From: Bacteroidota bacterium | GTDB taxonomy: Bacteria > Bacteroidota > Bacteroidia > Bacteroidales > WCHB1-69 | Direction of reading: 5' to 3' | Length of the DNA stretch: 36,753 bases | NCBI GenBank assembly: GCA_009787115.1 | Contig: WRGQ01000168.1 | Coordinates: forward strand, 1-36,753 | Shown here: positions 1-10,599 of the stretch, in pieces | Layout of the letters: each line of letters opens with the position of its first letter | How positions within the stretch are numbered: position 1 is the stretch's first letter | Translations under genes and position numbers: made by a program | Notes under the pieces: model-generated | Told to the model about the DNA's origin: nothing | What the model saw: the letters and a program-made list of their open reading frames with translations, nothing else | The model's database searches: none

Positions 1-372
1 GGTACCGATTTCATTGTGAAGATAAAGATAAGCAACACCAACGGCACCACCAAATATGAAAATCTGGCTTTGACCCACATTCTTCCCTCCGGTTGGGAGA
101 TTTTCAACACGCGATTGACAGATGACGCGCAAACTTACCCAAACACAGGCAAAACGCGCGAATATTCGGAAGGAATTACCTATCAAGACATTCGCGACGA
201 CCAAGTGTTGAGTTACTTTGACCTTCCGCCCGGAAGGAGCATCACGATAAGCATACGGGCGCAGGCAGCCTATTTGGGACGCTTTTTTATGCCCGCAATC
301 GCTTGCCAGGCAATGTACGATAATACGGTCTATGCCCGAACGGAAGGTGTTTGGGTGGAGGTGGGGAAGTAG
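1..372 (+). CDS. Alpha-2-macroglobulin family protein, C-terminal end (5' truncated by window)
   Basis: Frame open from base 1 (GTDFIVKIKISN...). Motifs LPSGWEIFNTR, YQDIRDD and G.F.MPAI...AMYD match the C-terminal domain of bacterial A2M/YfhM proteins. Stop TAG at 370-372. Confidence 0.85.
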   Translation, partial: GTDFIVKIKISNTNGTTKYENLALTHILPSGWEIFNTRLTDDAQTYPNTGKTREYSEGITYQDIRDDQVLSYFDLPPGRSITISIRAQAAYLGRFFMPAIACQAMYDNTVYARTEGVWVEVGK

Positions 373-461
373 TGATTAGTCTTATTGGTTAATTTTTCAT
401 AGCACCTCAAAAAAGAATTAACCTATTTTAAACTGCCACAAGAATAATAGAAAAATATAAA

Positions 462-469
462 TACTTTTG
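462..469 (+). promoter_or_regulatory. Bacteroidota -7 promoter element (TACTTTTG) for the wzx-GT operon
   Basis: Matches TAnnTTTG, about 45 bp upstream of the wzx ATG. Confidence 0.65.
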
Positions 470-512
470 CACTTTCAAAAAACTGTTTACATATTCAGTC
501 TAAATAACCAGA

Positions 513-1964
513 ATGAGCAAAACCTTAAAAGAAAAAACAGCGCACGGCATTTTCTGGAATTTTCTCGACAAGTTTGGGCAACAAGCGCTAAATATCTTAG
601 TGACAATTGTGCTTATGCGTTTCTTTTTGACTCCTGACGATTACGGTTTGGTAAGTGTGATATTTATTGTGAATGCTTTAGGGTTTGCATTTATTGACAG
701 CGGTTTTTCCAATGCGCTCATTCGCAAAAAAGAGGTTACCCAAACCGATCTATCCTCCGTTTTTTATTTTAATATTGTTATTAGTTTATTGTTTTATCTG
801 CTCATTTTCTGTACAGCGCCTCTTATTGCCCATATTTATCACAAACCTGTTTTAACAGGTTTAGTACGCGTTATGGCACTGAGTCTTCCATTATGTTCAA
901 TGGCTTTAGTACAAACCACATTATTAACAAAATCTATTGATTTTAAACGCTTAGCAAGTACAAATCTGATTGCCATTTTTTGTTCAGGCGCTTTGAGTTT
1001 GTTTTTGGCTTGGAAAGGATATGGAGTTTGGGTATTGGTAATTCAACCGTTCTCAATTACATTAGTGAGAAATATCTGTTTATGGAGTATCAGTTCCTGG
1101 CGCCCAAGTTTAATTTACAGCCGACAAAGTATTCAAAATTTATGGAAATACAGTTCAAAACTGTTGATATCTTCAACCGTCAGTATTATTTGTAAAAATA
1201 TTTATTCATCGCTTATTGCTTTTTTTTACCCGTTTAAAGAAGCGGGATTTTATTTTAATGCCAACAAATATTCCGAAATACCCCATCAAACCATTATCCC
1301 TGCAATACATACAACCGTTTATCCTGCTATGACTAATCTTGGCGACAACCCGGAATCATTAAAAAACGCTTTCAGAAAAATGATACGGGTTGCATCTTTT
1401 ATTTTCTTTCCGGTTATGCTGGGTTTAATAGCTACGGCAGATCCTTTAATGTTAACGGTATTTGGAGTAAAATGGATTCCCATTGTACCTTATTTTAAAG
1501 TATTATGTGTTGGGTATCTATTTATGGGAATCAATTCGCTTTATACGGTTATTCTCTTTCTTAAAGGAAAATCTTCAGCCGTTTTATTTTTTAATCTTCT
1601 GTATAGTATTGCATTACTATTAAGTATTGTTCTCACTGTAAGAATAAGTGTATGGTCAATGGCAATCAGTTGGACTATGGTTGGCGTGATTTATACTATT
1701 GTTTATACTTCTTATGTGAGAAAAATGATTCAATATACAGTTATTGAACAACTCAAAGATATTCTGCCCTATTTTATTTTGGCAACAACAATGGGAATAG
1801 GAATTTACTTGTTTTCTGCTCTTATTCATAATAATTTTATATTGGTGAGTGTGCAAATTATTACCGGGGCTATTTTTTACATAAGCGCCTGTTATTTACT
1901 CGGCTCGAAAGTATTTCGCGAAGCAATTGAAATGATTAAAAACAAAACTGTTAACGTGAAATGA
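513..1964 (+). CDS. wzx: Wzx/WzxC-type oligosaccharide flippase (MOP/PST family)
   Basis: 483 aa, many TM segments; LTPDDYGL, DSGFSNALIRKK, SSVFYFN and WGVWVLV-like signatures of PST flippases. Confidence 0.88.
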   Translation: MSKTLKEKTAHGIFWNFLDKFGQQALNILVTIVLMRFFLTPDDYGLVSVIFIVNALGFAFIDSGFSNALIRKKEVTQTDLSSVFYFNIVISLLFYLLIFCTAPLIAHIYHKPVLTGLVRVMALSLPLCSMALVQTTLLTKSIDFKRLASTNLIAIFCSGALSLFLAWKGYGVWVLVIQPFSITLVRNICLWSISSWRPSLIYSRQSIQNLWKYSSKLLISSTVSIICKNIYSSLIAFFYPFKEAGFYFNANKYSEIPHQTIIPAIHTTVYPAMTNLGDNPESLKNAFRKMIRVASFIFFPVMLGLIATADPLMLTVFGVKWIPIVPYFKVLCVGYLFMGINSLYTVILFLKGKSSAVLFFNLLYSIALLLSIVLTVRISVWSMAISWTMVGVIYTIVYTSYVRKMIQYTVIEQLKDILPYFILATTMGIGIYLFSALIHNNFILVSVQIITGAIFYISACYLLGSKVFREAIEMIKNKTVNVK

Positions 1965-2845
1965 AAAATTATATAAAACAAACAATTATGAATAAAGAAC
2001 CTCTATTTTCAGTACTTATAGCCAGTTACAATAATGGGCGCTACCTTGCCAAAGCGCTGAACAGCGTGCTGTCGCAAACCTATAAAAATGTAGAAATTAT
2101 TGTGGTTGATGATGGTTCTACCGATCATTCGCTTGAAGTGTTAGCCTCATTTAAAAACAACCCTGCGATAAAAATTGTACTGAATGAAACCAATAAAGGG
2201 TGTGGATATACCAAACGCAGGTGCGCACAACTCGCTACCGGAGAACTTTGCGGCTTTTTAGATCCCGATGATGAATTGATGCCCACTGCCATTGAGACGA
2301 TGGTACAAGCGCATATTCAAAACCCAAACTGTAGTTTAATAGGGTCGCAACACTACATTTGCAACAAAAACTTAAAACCTATGGGCATATCTGAACATAT
2401 TACCATTCCTGAGGGATATTCCTATTTAACATACGGACGTCATATAACTATTGCTTTCGCTACTTTTAAAAAATATTTATACGATAAAACTTCCGGAATT
2501 TCCGAAGAAATAACGCACGCTGTGGATCAGGATTTGTATTTTAAATTAGATGAAGTAGGAGATGTTTTGATACTCAAAAAAGTTTTATCTAAATACAGGC
2601 GTCATGAAGGTGGAATTTCGGTGGGTAAAAAAGGATTTGGAAAAGCCATGTATTGGCATATCATTTTAATACGCGAGGCATACAAACGAAGAGGTATTTC
2701 GGGCGCAGAACAACAAGCGGTAAAATTAATTACACGCCCTTATCATACTTATAAATACCGGTTTGGAAATCTTGTTCTATCTCCTGTAGAATGGTTACTC
2801 CAATGGATGAAAGTTATCCGGTTTTTATTTTTGAAAAAAAAATAA
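1961..2845 (+). CDS. Glycosyltransferase family 2 (alternative start at 1988)
   Basis: SVLIASYN, IIVVDDGSTD, NKGCG, FLDPDD (DxD) and AVDQDL motifs of the GT-A fold. Confidence 0.9.
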   Translation: MKNYIKQTIMNKEPLFSVLIASYNNGRYLAKALNSVLSQTYKNVEIIVVDDGSTDHSLEVLASFKNNPAIKIVLNETNKGCGYTKRRCAQLATGELCGFLDPDDELMPTAIETMVQAHIQNPNCSLIGSQHYICNKNLKPMGISEHITIPEGYSYLTYGRHITIAFATFKKYLYDKTSGISEEITHAVDQDLYFKLDEVGDVLILKKVLSKYRRHEGGISVGKKGFGKAMYWHIILIREAYKRRGISGAEQQAVKLITRPYHTYKYRFGNLVLSPVEWLLQWMKVIRFLFLKKK

Positions 2846-2880
2846 CATAATCTCGCAACATAATATTTTTCACTGTGAAA

Positions 2881-4089
2881 ATGGAAAAACTTAATATCCT
2901 TTTTATAACAAGTTCCGATGTTTCTCCCTTAAATGGGGGAATAGACAGGGTAGTAATTCTATTGGCAGAAGAATTAAATAAATTACCACAGTATCAGGTT
3001 TTTTCCGCCTATTTTGAGATAAAACACACATCTGCCAACATTTTTAAAAAGAAAATAAAAGTAGATGAAAAGAATATGCTTTCCGAATTATCCGATTTTA
3101 TAAGAGAAAATGAGATTAACATAATCCTTAATAATGTTTTAGAGCGTAAAAAACTCAAATTTCTTTTACCTGCATTAGAAAAAATATCCAAACAGGAGCA
3201 TACTTGTAAAATTTTATATCACTATCATAATCTACCCGGTTTTGAAAAAGCTTCCATCTATCCCAAAATGTATTGGATGCGTTTAAAGAATGGTCAATAT
3301 AAACTACATTATTTTTATAAATTGATGTTACAACTTATGGCACGTTTGACAAGAAACAAATTATTAATACGCTATTGGGTTAAAAAATATCGTGCTCTTT
3401 ATCAATTTTCCGATAAAATAGTTCTACTGTCTCGTGCTTATATCCCTGTTTTTGCAAATTGCGCTCAAGTTTCTGTTAATGATAAACTTGTAGCCATTAA
3501 CAACCCATTATCCTTTTCTGAGAGTATAAAAATTGATTCTATTTATAGCAAACAAAAAGAAGCGCTTATTGTTTCCCGTTTAGATGAAGAACAAAAACGT
3601 TTATCGCTTGCACTGAAAATTTGGAAAAAAATTGAATCTAATGCTCTTCTGTCGGAATGGAAATTAACAATTGTTGGCGATGGAGAAGATAAACTTTATT
3701 ATCAGAACCTTGTAAAAAAATTAAAATTGCAACGCGTATTTTTTGAAGGCGCTCAGAATCCTGAAATCTATTATAAAAGATCTTCTATTTTCATAATGAC
3801 CTCCGCTTATGAAGGGTGGGGATTAACACTAACCGAAGCACAACAAATGGGCGTTGTGCCTGTTGCTTTCGACACTTTTGGCGCGGTGCACGATATTATT
3901 GAAGATAAATATAATGGACTAATTATCCCCAATAATGATATTGAGAGATATGCAGATAAACTTGCATGGCTGATGCAACACGATGAAGAACGTCAAACGA
4001 TGGCTTGTAATGCCGTTGAAAGTTCCAAAAAATTTCATCCGTCTGAAATTGGGAAACAGTGGGTTAAATTGCTTTTTGCTCCCTCATAA
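2881..4089 (+). CDS. Glycosyltransferase family 4 (GT-B); GTG at 2875 is an alternative start
   Basis: GGIDRV N-terminal motif, SRL...QKR, IVGDG and EGWGLTLTEAQ (EX7E). Confidence 0.9.
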   Translation: MEKLNILFITSSDVSPLNGGIDRVVILLAEELNKLPQYQVFSAYFEIKHTSANIFKKKIKVDEKNMLSELSDFIRENEINIILNNVLERKKLKFLLPALEKISKQEHTCKILYHYHNLPGFEKASIYPKMYWMRLKNGQYKLHYFYKLMLQLMARLTRNKLLIRYWVKKYRALYQFSDKIVLLSRAYIPVFANCAQVSVNDKLVAINNPLSFSESIKIDSIYSKQKEALIVSRLDEEQKRLSLALKIWKKIESNALLSEWKLTIVGDGEDKLYYQNLVKKLKLQRVFFEGAQNPEIYYKRSSIFIMTSAYEGWGLTLTEAQQMGVVPVAFDTFGAVHDIIEDKYNGLIIPNNDIERYADKLAWLMQHDEERQTMACNAVESSKKFHPSEIGKQWVKLLFAPS

Positions 4090-5385
4090 TAACAAGTATA
4101 ATGGTCTAACAAATGGGGTGCAGTACACTTGATTTTAAAAAAACAAAAAGCATAATAAACCCAGTGCTTGAAAAAATATTGCCAAAAAAAATCAAATTTT
4201 TGAATTATGAATATACTCTTTGTAACCAATTCTGAGATTGTTGCTACTTGTGACGGAATCCATCGGATAACATCAACACTTTCACAGTATTTTACCATAA
4301 AACATGAATATAAATGTTTCCTTGCATACCTTGCACATAACAAAGCAGAACCAAAAACTGAGTTTGAAGAAAAATTTCAAGTTGACAAGAGTAATATTTA
4401 TGAACAGTTTAGCGATTTTTTGACAAGAAATAAGATTGATATTGTGATTTGTCAGCACGTAGTTGGTACCCGAAAAATATTTGAACAAATGAAACTTGCA
4501 GTAAATAAAACACAAAACTGCAAGTTTGTTTATTGTTTTCATCTTGCACCCGATTATTATTTTGTCCACCCAAATCTCAACGCAGAAATTTTTCGCTTTT
4601 TTGATACATTTAAGAATTTTAGAAAAATCGTGGTTGGTCTATTACCAAAATTATTGTATAACATTTTAGTCAGTAAAGAAATACAAAAAGAACTTGCAAT
4701 TTACAATGATTATTTTGATAAAATAGTTTTATTGTCCAAGCGATATATTCAGGATTATAACAAATTATCAAATATTCCTGCATGGAAACAGAAAGATGTA
4801 GTTGCCATACCTAATATTCTGACTTTTAATGAAAAAATTTCCGAAAAGGATATTGAAAGTAAAGAAAATATAGTTCTAATTGTAGCCCGTTTGTCTGAAC
4901 GGCTAAAACGAATTTCCCAAAGTCTAAAGATTTGGAAAAAAGTGCAACAAAGAACTGACATAAAAGATTGGCGACTTATTATTCTCGGTATTGGCGATGA
5001 CGAAAAGTATTATAAAAAACTTGTGAAAAAACTTGATATAAAAAAGGTTTATTTTGAAGGCAGACAAAATCCGATTGAGTATTACAAAAAAGCATCTGTT
5101 TATATGATGACATCTGCTTCAGAAGGTTGGGGATTAACCCTAACCGAAGCACAACAGATGGGCGTTGTGCCGATTGTTTTCGATAGTTTTGGCGCGGTGC
5201 ACGATATTATTGAAGATAAGTATAATGGACTAATTATCCCCAATAATGATATTGAGAGATATGCAGATAAACTTGCATGGCTGATGCAACACGATGAAGA
5301 ATGTCAAACGATGGCTTGTAATGCCGTTGAAAGTTCCAAAAAATTTCATCTGTCTGAAATTGGGAAACAGTGGGTTAAATTGCTT
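3876..5385 (+). repeat. 199-bp direct repeat, copies at 3876-4074 and 5187-5385
   Basis: Manual alignment at offset 1311 shows 3 mismatches (3909/5220, 3991/5302, 4040/5351). Looser similarity extends back to about 3811/5122. Confidence 0.95.
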
Positions 5386-5400
5386 GAAGATACTCTATGA
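4207..5400 (+). CDS. Glycosyltransferase family 4 (GT-B), paralogue of the preceding gene
   Basis: DGIHRI, ARL...LKR and EGWGLTLTEAQ motifs; C-terminus nearly identical to the upstream GT4. Confidence 0.9.
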   Translation: MNILFVTNSEIVATCDGIHRITSTLSQYFTIKHEYKCFLAYLAHNKAEPKTEFEEKFQVDKSNIYEQFSDFLTRNKIDIVICQHVVGTRKIFEQMKLAVNKTQNCKFVYCFHLAPDYYFVHPNLNAEIFRFFDTFKNFRKIVVGLLPKLLYNILVSKEIQKELAIYNDYFDKIVLLSKRYIQDYNKLSNIPAWKQKDVVAIPNILTFNEKISEKDIESKENIVLIVARLSERLKRISQSLKIWKKVQQRTDIKDWRLIILGIGDDEKYYKKLVKKLDIKKVYFEGRQNPIEYYKKASVYMMTSASEGWGLTLTEAQQMGVVPIVFDSFGAVHDIIEDKYNGLIIPNNDIERYADKLAWLMQHDEECQTMACNAVESSKKFHLSEIGKQWVKLLEDTL

Positions 5401-6125
5401 AACAACTTCTGTACGTATTAATCATAGTATTATCTGTAAATCACGCATTTGCAAATGATAATGTTCGCAGGGACACTGTGCCTTTTTCCTATTACATTGT
5501 ACCTTCGGCTTTGATAACTTATGGCATAATAACAAGATTCTCATGTGATTTGCAGAATTTTGACCATAAGATTGACGATAAAGTTCAACAAAATATTCAC
5601 CGCCGATATAAATTTGATGACTATATTCAATTTGTGCCATACGTTGGCATTTACGGATTGGATTTGTGCGGTGTAAAGGCTAAACATAATTTTTTAGACA
5701 GAACGCTTGTACTTGGTACTTCATTGATTTTTGCAACTGCTACCGTTCAAGGTACAAAATATCTTACTCACATAGAACGTCCTGACGGCTCAAATAAACA
5801 TTCTTTTCCGTCAGGTCATACGAGTACGGCTTTTTTGGGTGCGCATATTTTGTTTAGAGAATATAAAGATGTGTCGCCCTGGATTGGCGTAGCAGGTTAC
5901 GGCTTTGCCTTTACAACTGCTTCAATGCGTATCATCAACCGCAAACACTGGTTTAGCGATGTGGTTACAGGGGCAGGCATTGGTATTCTTTGTGCGGAAT
6001 TAGGGTATTTGATGTTGCCTGTCTGGCATAAACTTTTTAAAATAAAACAAAAAGATAAAGGTCTGGCAATTATGCCAATAATCACTGTAGATAATTTTGG
6101 AATAGGCGGAATAATGATTTTCTAA
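5397..6125 (+). CDS. PAP2-family membrane phosphatase
   Basis: K-x6-RP (KYLTHIERP), SFPSGH and R-x5-H-x3-D (RIINRKHWFSD) catalytic motifs; signal-peptide-like N-terminus; ATGA overlap with the GT4 stop. Confidence 0.9.
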   Translation: MKQLLYVLIIVLSVNHAFANDNVRRDTVPFSYYIVPSALITYGIITRFSCDLQNFDHKIDDKVQQNIHRRYKFDDYIQFVPYVGIYGLDLCGVKAKHNFLDRTLVLGTSLIFATATVQGTKYLTHIERPDGSNKHSFPSGHTSTAFLGAHILFREYKDVSPWIGVAGYGFAFTTASMRIINRKHWFSDVVTGAGIGILCAELGYLMLPVWHKLFKIKQKDKGLAIMPIITVDNFGIGGIMIF

Positions 6126-6141
6126 ATAGAAAAAAGTTTTC

Positions 6142-8604
6142 TTATTTTGCTATTATTGTTTTCATTTTTTTGTTTCTCACAAAGCCATAAGCAATTCCCC
6201 CAACAATCGTTCCATACATAATAATGATACACAGTATTGAAACCGGCTCCGCTTTTTTCAGGGTGTCGGGTTTAAATTCAAAACGGATATGATGTTCGCC
6301 GGCGGGCACGTTCAATGCTCTTAATGTGTAGTTTACCCTGAAATGTCCGGTCGGTTGTCCGTCAATAAAGGCATGCCAGCCGTAGGGATAGTAGATTTCG
6401 GAAAAGACTACGATGCCGTCTTTATCGGAGTGCGTTTGGTATTCAAGTGCATTCGGTGCGTATGAAAGAAATGTTATCTGCGCTGTTGTATCTTTTCCGG
6501 CAACAAAATCTTTCACAAAATCGGCAAATTTGACATCTAAAACAGCCGTTGTTTTTAAGTCAATCTCATTTAATGCGTCGCATTCTTCGTTTGGCGTGTT
6601 TACAACGAGCACAGAGTCAATGTACCACGCATTACCCATAGCAAGCGGATTGTATTGTGGTACCGGATTTTTATTGGCATCGGGCACAATGAAATATTTC
6701 GTATTGAGCATATTGATTACACTCATATTCATTTTAGTAGAAATATGTTCGGAAATTAAATCCTGATACCGGCGCAATTTTGCAGCGTGATATCCGCCGA
6801 TATGTTTCAAATAGTAAGAAGTTCTAGATTCATTAAACGTGTTGGTTGTGAGGTTTAAAACTCTGAAATGCGGATCCGGATCCTGCAAAATACGTTCCTC
6901 ATAAGGTTGTTTTTTAAAGTAACTGTTCTCCGATTTTGGAGAAACGAAGTTATTATCATTAAAAAAACGCTTACTTACCGTCCACATATCTGCCAAGATT
7001 AAAATACCCAAAATGCCAATAAAATAAGGGAGTTTCAGTTTTTCTTTTACAAACAGCCACAATGTTCCGGCACCCAACAAAATAAAGGCAAACGAACGGA
7101 AAGCATCAGTTCGCAGCATAGAGGCTCTTTCTGCAACAATAGCATTGCATAGCCATTCCGGAAGTTGAGCAAAAACAGATTCGTCATTCGGAGAAGTGAA
7201 ATCGTAGAACATACCTCCGAACAGAGCAATTATGAGACAAATTCCTGCAGTAATTCCGGATGAAATATAGATATTTTTAATTAATTTCTCTTTTGTAATT
7301 TGTTTCTCCATAATTGCTTTAATCGCCAGAAAACCCAGCAGCGGCATCGTTACTTCGGCAACTACCAAAATAGAAGAGACCGTCCTGAACTTGTTATACA
7401 TCGGAAAATAGTTGAAAAAGAGTTCGGTAAGCGGCATAAAGTTTTTCCCCCACGAAAGCAGAATAGAGAAAAGAGTTGCCACCAGCAAAGCCCATTTGTA
7501 GGGACCTTTCACGATACATAATCCTAACACAAACAGAAAACAGATGATTGCGCCGATATAAACGGGACCGGATGTAAAAGGTTGGTTTCCCCAATAAACA
7601 GGTACATTCTTACAAAAATCTGTCGAATTTTTTTTAGAGACACCGTTTTTCATTAATTCATCATAAACGATAGAGTTTGTGCCCACATCATAATTGGAGG
7701 AAGCGCCCATAAAGTTGGGAATGAGCAGTGTCATTGTTTCATCAATACCATAACTCCATTGGGTAGCATAATCCAAATCTAACCCTTTTGTTTTATTTTG
7801 ATTGTCAGTGTCTTTCACCAACTCGGAGTGTCCGCCCCGCATGGTTTCTTTTGCATATTCCTGATTTAATTTTATGGTCGTATAACGCGTTCCCAAACCA
7901 ATGCCAACGGCAGCGCCGAAAAGGAGTGTTGCAATCAAAAAATCTTTTATTCTCTTCTCTTTAATATGAATAAAGAGTTCAGCTATGAGCAAGCACCCAA
8001 TAAGCATAAAATAATAGTATGCCATTTGGGGGTGTTTGGTAATTCCCATTATACAGCCAATCATTGTAAATACTGCACCCCATATATGGTTTTTATTAAA
8101 AATAAAGAAGAACCCTGCAATAACCGGTGCCATTTGTGCAATGGCAATCGCTTTGTTCACGTGTCCGGCTTCAATAATAATAAAGAAATAGGAAGAGAGT
8201 GTAATCGCCATAGCGCCCACAATACTAAGCCAGGTGTTCACTTTGAATGCTTTGAGTAATATAAAGAAACCGAGCAGATACCAAATCAGCAGTTTCAGAG
8301 TATCTTTAAATCCAAGTGAAACAACCATACTCACAGGTTTCAGATAGGTTTCGGATTGAATTTTTCCACCCCCAGTCTGGTAAGTGGGCATTCCCGAAAA
8401 CATAGAACCTGACCAAAAAGTATCATCTCCTGTCTTTTCATTATACACTTTTGCTTCCTGATACATTCCTTTCCAACTTAGAATATCGCCGCTCTGCACA
8501 ACCTTCCCCTCTAAAATAGGAGAACAGTAAATAATAGTAAACAGAATGAAAATCACTATGGCTATTAAGTAAGGAAGCCATTTTCTTAATAAATCTTTAT
8601 TCAT
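6142..8604 (-). CDS. YfhO-family membrane protein (GT-C type glycosyltransferase)
   Basis: 820 aa, multi-TM; W..SMFSGMPTY, YATQWSYG, YWG.QPFTSGPVY.G, IGGYHAAKLRRYQD and C-terminal FSEIYYP.GW.A.IDG...VNY.LRAL.VPAG.H.I.F.F.P. Confidence 0.85.
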   Translation of the reverse strand: MNKDLLRKWLPYLIAIVIFILFTIIYCSPILEGKVVQSGDILSWKGMYQEAKVYNEKTGDDTFWSGSMFSGMPTYQTGGGKIQSETYLKPVSMVVSLGFKDTLKLLIWYLLGFFILLKAFKVNTWLSIVGAMAITLSSYFFIIIEAGHVNKAIAIAQMAPVIAGFFFIFNKNHIWGAVFTMIGCIMGITKHPQMAYYYFMLIGCLLIAELFIHIKEKRIKDFLIATLLFGAAVGIGLGTRYTTIKLNQEYAKETMRGGHSELVKDTDNQNKTKGLDLDYATQWSYGIDETMTLLIPNFMGASSNYDVGTNSIVYDELMKNGVSKKNSTDFCKNVPVYWGNQPFTSGPVYIGAIICFLFVLGLCIVKGPYKWALLVATLFSILLSWGKNFMPLTELFFNYFPMYNKFRTVSSILVVAEVTMPLLGFLAIKAIMEKQITKEKLIKNIYISSGITAGICLIIALFGGMFYDFTSPNDESVFAQLPEWLCNAIVAERASMLRTDAFRSFAFILLGAGTLWLFVKEKLKLPYFIGILGILILADMWTVSKRFFNDNNFVSPKSENSYFKKQPYEERILQDPDPHFRVLNLTTNTFNESRTSYYLKHIGGYHAAKLRRYQDLISEHISTKMNMSVINMLNTKYFIVPDANKNPVPQYNPLAMGNAWYIDSVLVVNTPNEECDALNEIDLKTTAVLDVKFADFVKDFVAGKDTTAQITFLSYAPNALEYQTHSDKDGIVVFSEIYYPYGWHAFIDGQPTGHFRVNYTLRALNVPAGEHHIRFEFKPDTLKKAEPVSILCIIIMYGTIVGGIAYGFVRNKKMKTIIAK

Positions 8605-8629
8605 AAACTAATTTTAAAATTTGGAAGTG

Positions 8630-8637
8630 CAAAAATA
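8630..8637 (-). promoter_or_regulatory. -7 promoter element (TATTTTTG) for the YfhO-family gene
   Basis: Reverse complement of caaaaata, about 25 bp upstream of the ATG. Confidence 0.6.
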
Positions 8638-8706
8638 AACATTATTTAAAAGCAATTTAGAAAAACTTAAAAAGGGATGTAAAGGAGATTTATGATTAAA
8701 AACTCC

Positions 8707-8714
8707 TATCTTTG
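8707..8714 (+). promoter_or_regulatory. -7 promoter element (TATCTTTG) for the rfbF operon
   Basis: TAnnTTTG followed by CA, about 20 bp before the ATG. Confidence 0.7.
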
Positions 8715-8733
8715 CACGTCAAAATAAAATTGT

Positions 8734-9507
8734 ATGAAAGCAGTGATTTTAGCCGGCGGTTTAGGCACCCGAATGAGTGAAACAACCGCCACGATACCCA
8801 AACCTATGGTGGAAATCGGCGGAAAACCTATCTTATGGCACATCATGAAAATTTATAGTATGTATGGTGTCAATGAATTTATTATCTGCTGCGGTTATAA
8901 GCAATACATGATTAAAGAGTATTTTGCCAATTATTTTCGTTATAATTGCGATATGACAGTAAATCTGACGGACAATAGCGTGCAAATTCTGAATAATCGC
9001 TCCGAAGATTGGAGAGTTACCATGATAGATACGGGATTAAATACCATGACAGGTGGGCGTATCAAACGCATACAACAATATATTGGAAATGAAACATTTT
9101 TGCTTACTTACGGCGATGGCGTAGCAGATGTCAACATTCATAAAACAATTGAAAAACATAAAAATTCAGGGAAAATATTAACCATGATGGCTTATCAACA
9201 CACCATTCGATTGGGCGTACTGAATATTGACAAACAGGATCTCGTTGAATCTTTTACCGAAAAACCTGCCGAAAGTGGCTCATGGATCAATGCCGGCTTT
9301 TTTGTTTGCGAACCTCAACTGTTCGATTATTTGGAAGGGGATCACGAAATGTTGGAGTGCGAACCTATGGAACGCCTAATGAAACAAAACCAAATCCATG
9401 CCTACAAGCATTATGGCTTTTGGAAACCAATGGATACACTGCGCGATAACACTGAACTTAATGAATTGTGGTATCAGGAGAAGGCCCCTTGGAAAATTTG
9501 GAAATAA
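8734..9507 (+). CDS. rfbF: Glucose-1-phosphate cytidylyltransferase
   Basis: MKAVILAGGLGTR.SE.T..IPKPMVEIGGKPILWHIMK, TMTGGRIKR, LTYGDG, WINAGFFV, GFW.PMDTLRD, APWKIW. Confidence 0.95.
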   Translation: MKAVILAGGLGTRMSETTATIPKPMVEIGGKPILWHIMKIYSMYGVNEFIICCGYKQYMIKEYFANYFRYNCDMTVNLTDNSVQILNNRSEDWRVTMIDTGLNTMTGGRIKRIQQYIGNETFLLTYGDGVADVNIHKTIEKHKNSGKILTMMAYQHTIRLGVLNIDKQDLVESFTEKPAESGSWINAGFFVCEPQLFDYLEGDHEMLECEPMERLMKQNQIHAYKHYGFWKPMDTLRDNTELNELWYQEKAPWKIWK

Positions 9508-9522
9508 TTTGTACATATTTAT

Positions 9523-10599
9523 ATGAATAATATTGATATATTTGATCATTTTTATAAAGGTAAAAAAGTATTCATAACCGGACATACAGGATTTAAAGGT
9601 TCATGGTTATCGCTTTGGCTTCATGAGTTAGGCGCTGAAGTAACCGGATTTGCTTTAGCCCCATACACTGTTAAAGATAATTTTGTTTTGTCGGAACTCT
9701 CTTCAAAGATAAATGATATTAGAGGGGATATTCGAAATGCTGAGTTTTTAGATGAAAAAATACAACAAGTTCAACCTGATATTATTTTTCACTTGGCGGC
9801 TCAACCTTTAGTGCGCTTGTCGTACCAACTGCCTGTGGAGACTTATCAAACCAATCTCATGGGGACTCTTCATGTTATGGAATCTTTTAGACGTTGTGCT
9901 TCTGCAAAAGTGGCAGTGATGATTACAACCGATAAATGTTATGAAAATAAAGAACAGATGATTGCCTATAGTGAGAATGAACCTATGGGAGGCTACGATC
10001 CGTACTCTTCTTCTAAAGGCGCTGCCGAATTAGCCATTGCATCATGGCGCAATTCCTTCATAAATCCAAATAATTATATTAATCACGGGAAAACTATTGC
10101 CAGCGCACGCGCCGGAAATGTAATCGGTGGCGGTGACTGGACACCCGACAGGATTATCCCCGATTGTATTCGTGCTTTAGAAGCCCATGAAGATATTTGT
10201 ATAAGAAACCCTAAAGCGATACGTCCGTGGCAGCACGTTTTAGAGCCCCTGAGCGGTTATCTGTTGCTGGCAAGTAAAATGTGGCAAGATCCCACCGGCT
10301 ATTGCGAAGGATGGAACTTCGGACCCGATATAGACGCCGTCGAAAATGTTTGGTCAGTGGCATCCAAAGTGATACAATGCTATGGAAAAGGAACATTGAA
10401 AGAAATGTCGGATCCGAAAGCACCCCACGAAGCCAATCTCCTGATGCTTGATATTCATAAAGCAAAATCCAAACTAAATTGGCACCCCAAACTGAATATT
10501 GATAAAACTATTGAGATGACCATTGACTGGTATCGGAATTACCAAAGTCAAAATGTTTACAAGTTGTGTCTGCAACAAATTCAACAATATTGCTTATGA
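9523..10599 (+). CDS. rfbG: CDP-glucose 4,6-dehydratase
   Basis: ITGHTGFKGSWL, HLAAQPLVR.SY, TTDKCYEN, GGYDPYSSSK, RAGNVIGGGDW, RPWQHVLEPL. Confidence 0.95.
   Translation: MNNIDIFDHFYKGKKVFITGHTGFKGSWLSLWLHELGAEVTGFALAPYTVKDNFVLSELSSKINDIRGDIRNAEFLDEKIQQVQPDIIFHLAAQPLVRLSYQLPVETYQTNLMGTLHVMESFRRCASAKVAVMITTDKCYENKEQMIAYSENEPMGGYDPYSSSKGAAELAIASWRNSFINPNNYINHGKTIASARAGNVIGGGDWTPDRIIPDCIRALEAHEDICIRNPKAIRPWQHVLEPLSGYLLLASKMWQDPTGYCEGWNFGPDIDAVENVWSVASKVIQCYGKGTLKEMSDPKAPHEANLLMLDIHKAKSKLNWHPKLNIDKTIEMTIDWYRNYQSQNVYKLCLQQIQQYCL

Noticed and set aside
373-8733. Invertible promoter or UpxY/ops-type control of the glycan locus
   Set aside because: I saw no inverted repeats flanking the promoters, no recombinase and no UpxY/UpxZ gene.
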